Shown here one piece after another: positions 8,305 through 15,889 of a stretch of DNA of 16,218 bases. Numbering within the stretch: the stretch's first letter is position 1; each line of letters starts with the position of its first letter. A program made the position numbers and the translations under genes. The notes under the pieces are model-generated. The model saw only the letters and a list, made by a program, of their open reading frames with translations. It made no database searches and had not been told where the DNA came from. This DNA is from an uncultured archaeon (lineage in GTDB: Archaea; Asgardarchaeota; Thorarchaeia; Thorarchaeales; Thorarchaeaceae): assembly GCA_964631415.1 (NCBI GenBank), contig CAZVZC010000042.1, positions 1 to 16,218 of the forward strand, in the 5' to 3' direction.

Positions 8305-10128
8305 TCACGAGAGATTGGCCAGTCCTAGCTCTTGCAGTCTTCCCTTCGACGGCATGCCCGTGCGTCGGTCCCAGCCGCGATACTGATACCACTTCTTGAG
8401 CTGGGCTTCAACGTCTGGCACGTGACCCTCAGTCGGTCCCTGTAGGGGTTGGAGCACGATGTCCGGCAGCTTCTCATTCTTGGGATCGTAACCGAGCTTG
8501 AGATTCATGAGACGCATCAGAGTGAATATCCTTTCGCCAGCTCGCTTGACATCCTCGACTGTGTAGGTCCAACCTGTGACGAGTGTCAGCAGTTCTGCCA
8601 GTTCATTTGAAGATACGGGATAGAAGTTGCACATGAGTGCAGAGTTGGTGACACATCTGAAGTCCTGCTGTTTGGCAACTAGATCAGCTTCGTTTGCGAA
8701 CCTGTCTCTGCTGTCTATTTCAAACCCTTCGTCACCTAGGCCCATCTGCACGTTGTACATGTCTGCAGTCATGTGACAAGCTCCTCTGGGGGAGGTCATG
8801 TATGTAGTAGCCATGCCTGAGAAGCCTCGGACGTCATGTTGAGGGAGCTCAAGACCATTGACCTGTGCTGCCAAGTTGGCCACACCGAATTTTCTGCCGA
8901 AAGCTAGGCTTCCTTCTGCCATGAGGTTCCCCACACCTTCCCTCTTGGCTATCTTGTGGAGCAGGGCCATAGCGGAGTCTATCTCTCCCCATTCGGGCTT
9001 TATGCCGTCCAAGTCCTTAGCTGTGATCTTGCCCTGCTTGAACAGGTAGTACGCAAATGCAATTGTGTTGCCGCCAGAGATAGTATCTATCCCTAGAAGG
9101 TCAAGCTGTTTGTTCGCATATGCGAGTGCCTCTACGTTGTTGTTGAGCAGGAGAGAACCCATCGTCCCTGTTACTTCGAGTTCCGGCCCCGCGAAGCGCC
9201 CCGTTGCGTACTTGCCTTCCTTGATCTCAATCACTCGGCCGCATCCGATTGGACAACGGAAACAGGCTGTCTTCCCGACAAGAATCTTCTCCTTCACTGT
9301 TGTGCCGCTGATGTTGTAGGTGTCAAAGTCTGACACTGAGTAGTAGCCCATTGGGAACGAACCATACATGGCTGAGGCCATGTCTACGAAGCCTGCCGTT
9401 CCAAGTTCAGAGTACATGATGAAGGTCGGTGCGTTCTTCTTGTCAACGTTCAGCTCCTTACAGCGTTCCCCAAGCTTCTCTTCCTCAGCCACGGGTATCT
9501 TCCTGTCAGAGCCGTTGACAACGATTGCCTTCAGCTTCTTGGACCCCATCAAGGCACCCAATCCGGTTCTCCCGGCCGCCCTGAAGTGGTCTACTATTAC
9601 GCTTGCGAATTTGACCAAGTTCTCGCCTGCAATCCCTATCCTGGCAACACCTGCATTCTTGAATCCGGTTTCTGTCTTCAGGGTCTCCCAGGTCTTCTCG
9701 GTATCGCTGCCCCAGAGATGAGCAGCGTCTTTGATCTCGGCCCTGGAATCATTCACAAGTAGGTACACAGGCTTCTTCGACTGACCGGTGATGACAATAC
9801 CGTCATAGCCGGCGAACTTGATGTCTGCTCCCAAGTGCCCTCCAAAGGTGCTGTGAGCCCACAGACCGGTGAGTGGTGATTTTGCACAGGCTGACGCCTT
9901 GCTCCCGGTTGGTACCATTGTACCGCAGAATGGGCCGGTCATGAGTATCAGTGGGTTACTTGGTCCGAGCGGGTCTGTCTTCGCATCGACCATGTTGTAG
10001 AGCATCCTGCATGCAAGACCCGCACCTCCGATGAAGCTTCGAGCCATCTCAGAATCGAGCGGCGCTGTGGATACAGACCCTGAGGTCAGGTTCACCTGTA
10101 GAATCTTGCCTCTGTAACCTTTCATCAT
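8305..10128 (-). CDS. aor: Tungsten-dependent aldehyde:ferredoxin oxidoreductase (AOR/WOR family)
   Basis: GYRGKILQVNL, KSPLTG, GRTGLGALMGSKKLKAI, [4Fe-4S] ligands CFRCPIGC plus RGACH, pterin motif DLLGIDTIS, GPELE. Strong RBS AGGAGGGTGA at 10129-10138. Confidence 0.93.
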   Translation of the reverse strand: MMKGYRGKILQVNLTSGSVSTAPLDSEMARSFIGGAGLACRMLYNMVDAKTDPLGPSNPLILMTGPFCGTMVPTGSKASACAKSPLTGLWAHSTFGGHLGADIKFAGYDGIVITGQSKKPVYLLVNDSRAEIKDAAHLWGSDTEKTWETLKTETGFKNAGVARIGIAGENLVKFASVIVDHFRAAGRTGLGALMGSKKLKAIVVNGSDRKIPVAEEEKLGERCKELNVDKKNAPTFIMYSELGTAGFVDMASAMYGSFPMGYYSVSDFDTYNISGTTVKEKILVGKTACFRCPIGCGRVIEIKEGKYATGRFAGPELEVTGTMGSLLLNNNVEALAYANKQLDLLGIDTISGGNTIAFAYYLFKQGKITAKDLDGIKPEWGEIDSAMALLHKIAKREGVGNLMAEGSLAFGRKFGVANLAAQVNGLELPQHDVRGFSGMATTYMTSPRGACHMTADMYNVQMGLGDEGFEIDSRDRFANEADLVAKQQDFRCVTNSALMCNFYPVSSNELAELLTLVTGWTYTVEDVKRAGERIFTLMRLMNLKLGYDPKNEKLPDIVLQPLQGPTEGHVPDVEAQLKKWYQYRGWDRRTGMPSKGRLQELGLANLS

Positions 10129-10138
10129 TCACCCTCCT

Positions 10139-11314
10139 TCAGAAATCGATAGGCTTTCCCAGATACATGTACTCGTACATCTTGCGGATGCGATCACTGT
10201 CTGTATCACGCGGGTTCATGGTTATGCTGGAGTCCATCATAGCGTATTGCACAAGCTTGTCGAGTCCCTTCTCGAAGCTCTCCTTAGAAACCCCCGCCTG
10301 TTTCAGGCTGAGTGGGAATCCAACGGTCTTCTGCAACTGCCTGATCTTTTTGGCGAATGCTCTCGCGGCCAGTTCAGCATCAGTTCTCTTCACCCCCAGC
10401 AGGGAACCGAGCTCGGCATACTGCATTGCAGCAGTGGGATTGCCCTTGCAGTTGTATTCAATTGTGATAGGTAGGGACAGGCCGACCGCAAGACCATGTT
10501 GTACTCTGAGCACTGAACCTAAGCTGTGACCGAGTGAGTGACCCAGTGCAACTTGCGAGTTGCTGAATGACATCCCTGCAAGGTCAGCTGCGACCAGCAT
10601 CTTCTCCCTTGCCTGAAGGTCGTCAAGGTTCTGCACAGACTTTGGCAACCACTCAAAGACCATCTTGACCGCTTGAAGCGTGCAGGCATCCGAGAAGTCG
10701 TTCTTCCAAACAGAAACATATGCCTCCACAGCATGAGTGAGCGCGTCCATGCCCGTGTAAGCTGTGAGATCTTTCGGAAGTCCCTTGACAAATGCAGGCT
10801 CAAGTATCGCCAAGTCCGGACACATCTCCGGGTTGTTTGTGGCGAATTTCCTACCTGTTTCGTCTTCTCTAATCACTATTGCTTTTGTGGCCTCGGAACC
10901 TGTCCCTGCCGTGGTGGGAATGCACACCAGCTTTGCCTTGTGCCGCAGGTCGAGTGGTTGGAGTGGTGTGACTGCCTCAAGAAGAATATCTGGATGTTCA
11001 TAGAGGACCCAGGCTGCTTTTGCGGTGTCCATAACGCTCCCTCCACCCACAGCTATGATTGTGTCAGCGCCGTATCTCCTCATTGCCTCCGCCGCCTCCT
11101 TTACCGTCGAGACTCTCGGGTCCGGTTCCGCGTTGTCCCATACTGCGACTGACCACTGACGAGCACTGAGGATTTTGTCTATCTTCTCTGGATAGCCAAA
11201 CTTGGCAACGATCTTGTCAGTCACTATGAAAGCATGGGAGCCGACAAGCTGTTCGAGTTCACTCAGTGCATCTTCGCCAAAAACAACCCTAGGAACTGCA
11301 AACCACCAAACCAT
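10139..11314 (-). CDS. Iron-containing (type III) alcohol dehydrogenase, butanol-dehydrogenase/AdhE-ADH-like, probably NAD(H)-dependent
   Basis: GGGSVMDTAK, PTTAGTGSE and the Fe ligands GMDALTHAVE, HSLGH and HGLA. Asp in VTD suggests NAD preference. The ATG at 11314 (MVWWFAVP) is preferred over the GTG at 11347. Confidence 0.93.
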   Translation of the reverse strand: MVWWFAVPRVVFGEDALSELEQLVGSHAFIVTDKIVAKFGYPEKIDKILSARQWSVAVWDNAEPDPRVSTVKEAAEAMRRYGADTIIAVGGGSVMDTAKAAWVLYEHPDILLEAVTPLQPLDLRHKAKLVCIPTTAGTGSEATKAIVIREDETGRKFATNNPEMCPDLAILEPAFVKGLPKDLTAYTGMDALTHAVEAYVSVWKNDFSDACTLQAVKMVFEWLPKSVQNLDDLQAREKMLVAADLAGMSFSNSQVALGHSLGHSLGSVLRVQHGLAVGLSLPITIEYNCKGNPTAAMQYAELGSLLGVKRTDAELAARAFAKKIRQLQKTVGFPLSLKQAGVSKESFEKGLDKLVQYAMMDSSITMNPRDTDSDRIRKMYEYMYLGKPIDF

Positions 11315-11455
11315 TGGACACCGACCACCTTTTCCAACAGAGAACACGGATTGTCTCTTTTGACAGTCTTTGTGTCTGGCATTCGGCGAACCTGCTTATA
11401 TCTAGTACACCACTTCGGTCAATGGCACACAGTGGTTGAGGGTTACCGCGACCTG

Positions 11456-12550
11456 TCACTTCTTGCCTTTGACAACGCCGGGCGCCGCTTCAAGCACCTT
11501 TACTGCCTCAGCCACAATCTCGGTGACGAGGCTCTTTACACTCGGAAGGTCTTTGACCCTGCCGACCACTTCGCCTCCGAACATGAGCGCAGTTTCAGGT
11601 TTCCCATCTATAAGGTCATCAAAGCCGGCTCGTTCTAGATGGAGTATGTCCTCATTGGAGTCAAGAGGTTCTCCGAGGTAGAAACCCGGCAAGTCGCGGA
11701 GCGTCTGCTGGACTATCTGTTCTGCCCTCTTGTTTCGAAGGAATCTCATAGGACCGAAGAGGCCTCTGCCTACAAGTGTGTGACGTTCCTCTCGATCGAT
11801 GATTGCCTGCTTCCAAGTCGGCTCGAAGTCACTCTCCTTCGTCGCGATGAACCTTGTTCCCATCTGAATCCCTTTTGCACCCAGACAGAGGGCTGCTGCG
11901 AGAGTTTTGCCATCACAGAAGCCGCCTGCTGCGACAACAGGAGTCTTGACCGCACGCGCGACAGCCGGCACAAGGACCATCGAGTGGACGGGCTCCCACG
12001 AAACATGTGCTCCTCCTTCATGACCTGACGCTATAATGACATCTGCTCCGGCTGCCTCCGCCTTGCGTGCATGGTATACAGACGGGACTACGTGAAACCA
12101 GAGGAGACCGTGTTCCTTGATTCTCGCCCATGGTTTGGGGTTTCCTGCAGAAGTGATGATCACCCTGAGCCGCTTCTCGATGTCAGAGTCGTTCTCTCGA
12201 GCCTCGATGGTCTGCTTCACAAACATCTCTGAAGCCACAGTGAACTCCGAGGCGACCGGTACATTGACTCCGAACACTCCTCCAGATCCACGAGTTCCCT
12301 TTGCCACTGCCTCAATCGACTTCTGAAGGATTACCTCAGGTGGGTCTGTTCCAAACAGCCTGACCGCATCTATCGGAGCAGCGTCCGGTATCATTGTGGC
12401 CGCCATCCCAATGCTGCTTATGACTCCCAGAGCACCGGCGTTGGACACTGCAGTTGCCAGTGCTTCAGTCTTATACGGGCCCATGCCTCCTTGCAGTATT
12501 GGGTGCTGGATGCCGAGGATGTCGCACAGCTCCGTGTGGATGCATTTCAT
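11456..12550 (-). CDS. FabK/nitronate monooxygenase-family FMN oxidoreductase (probable enoyl reductase-like)
   Basis: HPILQGGMG, LATAVSNAGALG, SAGNP, ASGHEGGAH (catalytic His), PVVAAGGFCDG, GIQMGTRF. Confidence 0.88.
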   Translation of the reverse strand: MKCIHTELCDILGIQHPILQGGMGPYKTEALATAVSNAGALGVISSIGMAATMIPDAAPIDAVRLFGTDPPEVILQKSIEAVAKGTRGSGGVFGVNVPVASEFTVASEMFVKQTIEARENDSDIEKRLRVIITSAGNPKPWARIKEHGLLWFHVVPSVYHARKAEAAGADVIIASGHEGGAHVSWEPVHSMVLVPAVARAVKTPVVAAGGFCDGKTLAAALCLGAKGIQMGTRFIATKESDFEPTWKQAIIDREERHTLVGRGLFGPMRFLRNKRAEQIVQQTLRDLPGFYLGEPLDSNEDILHLERAGFDDLIDGKPETALMFGGEVVGRVKDLPSVKSLVTEIVAEAVKVLEAAPGVVKGKK

Positions 12551-12562
12551 GACCTAGCCGAT

Positions 12563-12586
12563 TCAGACGCCCAGATTTAAGTCTGA
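12563..12586 (-). promoter_or_regulatory. TATA box of the FabK-like gene embedded in an inverted repeat TCAGAC-N12-GTCTGA
   Basis: Minus-strand CTTAAAT at 12575-12581 lies ~28 bp upstream of the ATG at 12550. Inverted-repeat arms at 12563-12568 and 12581-12586. Confidence 0.45.
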
Positions 12587-12735
12587 CACATGAACGATAA
12601 GAGTCAAGAAACAGACCGCTGTCAATCCTGTCAGAGCTTCTGCCTTTGTGATTCTCATCCTGCATTCTCTCCTCTATCTGCCTCGTTGTGTACTAAGTGG
12701 TTGTCATCTAGGCATTTCCGGAATCCATGCTCGGT

Positions 12736-12993
12736 TCATGTCCTGTCCTGAGTCGATCGATCTCGAAGTTTCCTGCACGCCAGCCAGACGACAATCGTGA
12801 TGAGGTCTAGGATGGGGAGGTAGGGAAACGCTAGAAGCCGCATCCAGAGGGGGTCCAAGTTGGTGACTAGCGTCCACGCTATCAAAGACATGAGTAGCTC
12901 GACTGAAACAATGATTTTGAGATAGTAGCAAATACGTTCGGTTTTCGTTGATACATCCCCCTCAGCAGTTCTGTTTCCGAGAAGGCAAATCAA
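12736..12993 (-). CDS. Small two-helix membrane protein, hypothetical (85 aa)
   Basis: Two hydrophobic helices (ICYYLKIIVSVELLMSLIAWTLV and LLAFPYLPILDLITIVVWLAC) followed by a basic tail RKLRDR. TTG start 8 nt after a GGTGA RBS. The ORF is open from the ATG at 13044. Confidence 0.5.
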   Translation of the reverse strand: MICLLGNRTAEGDVSTKTERICYYLKIIVSVELLMSLIAWTLVTNLDPLWMRLLAFPYLPILDLITIVVWLACRKLRDRSTQDRT

Positions 12994-13272
12994 CCTTTTG
13001 TTCACCGAAATGATTGGCAGTCTTGAACTCAAACTATGGTTCATCTCATATCTGCAGTGCGCTTCGAGCTACCAACGCATCTTGCTGCGGCCCATGAGCT
13101 GCAATCTCACGTATGCAGTGAACTCACCACTGGCGTTCCACAGGTGAACTTCGTGAGCACTGAAACTGGTGACGGTGACGCCTTCTCATTTGCGTCAAGC
13201 TCGTTCCGGGGTCCTGTTAAAGGCTTTGGAACTACACTGTGCAAGCCTGAGCCACACGAATAGGTGACGGCC

Positions 13273-13695
13273 CTACTTCTCGTCTGGGAACTTCGTTGGA
13301 ATCTTGGTCGCTGTGGCAACAAGCTCAGCTGCGGCCTTTGTATACCTCATGACCTTGCCCATGTCACCCTTCAGTGCGAACTTGCGTTGCATCAATCCCT
13401 TAATGGGGTCTATCTGCCCTGCGAGAAGCAGCCTCCAGTTTGCCAGCGTTCCCGAATAGACAAAAGCGGCCTGCTCATCCGGTTTCGCCATTCTTACCTT
13501 CCTGCAGTCACCGTGCCACAGGTCGATGTAGCCACGCAAGGGCTGCTTGATGGTCTTGCCATCCGCGTCAATCTGGAAAACAAAGTCACCTTCCCAGTCT
13601 TTTGCTGCATCCTTGTATGCCGCATTCTTATTCAGTATCTCTTGGAACTTGAGAAGCCATGCTTCTGAAAAGAAGTCTATCTTCTTTTGGCTCAT
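13273..13695 (-). CDS. Stand-alone SCP2 (sterol carrier protein 2) lipid-binding protein
   Basis: FFSEAW...YKDAAKDWEGDFVF...YIDLWHGDC...W..LLAGQIDPIKGLMQRKFALKGDMGKVMRY matches the SCP2 C-terminal signature (G-x-I-D-P...L-K-G-D). Confidence 0.88.
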   Translation of the reverse strand: MSQKKIDFFSEAWLLKFQEILNKNAAYKDAAKDWEGDFVFQIDADGKTIKQPLRGYIDLWHGDCRKVRMAKPDEQAAFVYSGTLANWRLLLAGQIDPIKGLMQRKFALKGDMGKVMRYTKAAAELVATATKIPTKFPDEK

Positions 13696-13866
13696 GAGGG
13701 CACCATCCGTTCTTTATTCCTGCCCGACACGTTAGAAGCCGTCACACAAAAGCGTTCTGGATGACGGTCCAGTTCTCAAAATGAGGGCCCTCCGCCTTCA
13801 CTTGAGTGAAACCGGACTGCAATACGAGCGACCAATCCTTATGGCCATGGTTTCAGACTGATACCC

Positions 13867-14412
13867 ATGGCCCCCGAGCCCCCAGCTAGCCCCCTCTTGA
13901 CCAGTTTTCTCGAGTTGGCCTCAGTATCTGAAGAAATAGGCAGAGGAACGAGTGGTGTCGACTTCCTAGTCCTTGAGAACAATGATGAGATGTACGGCTA
14001 CGAACAGACCGAGCTTGAGAAGAGGTTTTGTGTGAGTGTTGACAATGCGATCGAATCCGTCGAAGAGAGCGAATCCGCGGCCGTCCGGGAGAGCTCACAG
14101 ATCATATGCATAGCACTTGTGGCCTTGGTGAGAGCACAGCCCGCCGCTGACGCATATCGTGCTCGAATGTTCCGTTACGCTACGGATTGGGGGTCCGAAA
14201 TATCATGGGTGTCAGCCTGCTCGAACAGGTTACTGCACATGGTCCGAAAGCTGCTTGGCCAGATGACTCAAGAAACGAGGACCGCGATTGCGCGCGTTAT
14301 CCCTAATGAGGTGAGAAACGCTTCTATCCACTCCTACTTCTTTGTGGAGTCTGACAGACACGCAGAGGAGTCGTTGAGGGTCAGTGAGATTCTTGGCATC
14401 GCTCAAAGCTGA
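13867..14412 (+). CDS. Hypothetical protein, predicted alpha-helical (181 aa)
   Basis: Only long ORF in the gap, divergent from SCP2, with protein-like composition and an acidic N-terminal half. No recognisable motif. Confidence 0.7.
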   Translation: MAPEPPASPLLTSFLELASVSEEIGRGTSGVDFLVLENNDEMYGYEQTELEKRFCVSVDNAIESVEESESAAVRESSQIICIALVALVRAQPAADAYRARMFRYATDWGSEISWVSACSNRLLHMVRKLLGQMTQETRTAIARVIPNEVRNASIHSYFFVESDRHAEESLRVSEILGIAQS

Positions 14413-14518
14413 CCAAAACGCATTGAGCCTTACGATAAGGGCTCGTCATGTGACTCTTGTGAACGCTAGAGCCCTTTTCTCGCATGACTATGCAGAGAGG
14501 TCTTTGATTACGTTTCCT

Positions 14519-15889
14519 TCATCTAGAGGCAAGCACGATTCTCTCGCAGTCCTCGATGTAGTCCTGGAACCGCCTCATCTTCTGTTCGATCGTTTCAGGC
14601 GCGTGCTCCTGTGAAGAGTCCATTCGTGCACGAATCTTGTCTATCTGTTGGTCGACACTCATCCTCCGCGCAACGAAGCCTTTCTCCTCACATAGTCTTC
14701 TGGCAGCCAAGAGGTCATCGAAACCTTTTGCGAACTCCTGATTCTCAACATTGAAGAGACCCTGCAGGATGAGGAGCTCTAGGAGCGCACCATAGAGCTT
14801 GTGTTGTTCCGCCAGCTCCAGCGCTTGGTCCAAGTCCTGCTTCATCGCCTTCAGATACGTGTCCTCAAGAGTCAGTCTGTAGTGAAGCAGTTCGAGTTCC
14901 ACCAGTTGAATAAGTGAGAAGAGCACATACTCGAAGGTACTCCCTCTCTTAGCGAGTTCGAGGCAGTTGTTGAAGTGTGTTCTAGCAAAAGAGAGGTTCA
15001 ATTGTCGTTGAGCCAGGACCCCGCTGTAGAACTCACATATCATGTCCGCATTGTCGGAGTTCAGCGCTTCTGCAGCGGACCATATCTCATCCAAGTGGAG
15101 ATGTGCTTGGTCGAAGCGGCCCGTGGCAGACATCAGTCCAACCATGAGTCCTCTCATCTCGACGTATGCAAGATCACGCGTGTCCAGTTCATCTAGGATG
15201 TCCACTGCGCGTTGGGTCCTAGTTTCAGCTCTCTTGAAGTCCTTTCGAGCCAAGGCGACTGCACCCAGATTGCCCCAGCAGATGGCTTGGCCATACTTGT
15301 CGCCTCTTTTTCTGTCGCCCTGCAGTGACCTACGATAGAGATCCTCTGCCTGACCGTAGTCCCCCCGGAGTCTGTGTATCTCGCCTATGTTGTTTAGACA
15401 GGCTCCAATGCCGAAGCTATCATTGAGCTCTGTGTGGATTTTCAGCGATCGTTCGTAGAGCTCTAAGGCACTAGGAAGGTCTCCGCGGTCTGCTCTGACC
15501 ACGCCAAGATTGTTCAGGCACCTTGCGACGCCCAAGAAATCCCCTGCCTCTTGAAAGACAGTCAAAGCCCTCTGATATTGCTCCTCGGCCTGTGCCATCA
15601 GGCCCATGTCATGGAGTGTGTTGCCTAGAAGCCGTATTGCTTTTGCAGTCGCGATCTTGAATCCATATTCAATGCCGAGCCTTTCCGCTTTCTCTAATGC
15701 CTTCCTTGATTGCTCGTACAAGCCCTTCTCTCGGTATGCTTCCCCCATATATGACAAAGCCTGAATGTGAATCTCTGAGCTATCGGGCTCGGACGACACG
15801 ATTTCGTTCAGCTTGGTCAGCGCTGAGTCGTAGGCTCCGGAATCGACTTCCTCCATTGCGACATCCAAGAGATGGCGTGAGTCAGACAT
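14519..15889 (-). CDS. Tetratricopeptide repeat protein (~10 repeats of ~40 aa, MalT/LGN-like)
   Basis: Repeats such as ARCLNNLGVVRADRGDLPSALELYERSL, GACLNNIGEIHRLRGDYGQAEDLYRRSL and AICWGNLGAV. The ATG at 15889, with AGGTG upstream, is preferred over the GTG at 15901. Confidence 0.9.
   Translation of the reverse strand: MSDSRHLLDVAMEEVDSGAYDSALTKLNEIVSSEPDSSEIHIQALSYMGEAYREKGLYEQSRKALEKAERLGIEYGFKIATAKAIRLLGNTLHDMGLMAQAEEQYQRALTVFQEAGDFLGVARCLNNLGVVRADRGDLPSALELYERSLKIHTELNDSFGIGACLNNIGEIHRLRGDYGQAEDLYRRSLQGDRKRGDKYGQAICWGNLGAVALARKDFKRAETRTQRAVDILDELDTRDLAYVEMRGLMVGLMSATGRFDQAHLHLDEIWSAAEALNSDNADMICEFYSGVLAQRQLNLSFARTHFNNCLELAKRGSTFEYVLFSLIQLVELELLHYRLTLEDTYLKAMKQDLDQALELAEQHKLYGALLELLILQGLFNVENQEFAKGFDDLLAARRLCEEKGFVARRMSVDQQIDKIRARMDSSQEHAPETIEQKMRRFQDYIEDCERIVLASR

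Noticed and set aside
3837-11314. Acetone-butanol solventogenesis (adc plus butanol dehydrogenase plus aor)
   Set aside because: The ADC-like protein lacks the Schiff-base Lys, and there is no CoA-transferase or thiolase in the window.
6694-11398. Shared 10-mer AACCTGCTTA upstream of PAP2 (6694-6703) and ADH (11389-11398)
   Set aside because: About one such match is expected by chance in this much intergenic DNA, and its position relative to the TATA-like boxes differs.
13036-13322. ORFs 13036-13263 (+) and 13107-13322 (-)
   Set aside because: No motif or clear RBS, and Ser/Thr/Pro-rich random-like composition. They cannot be fully excluded.
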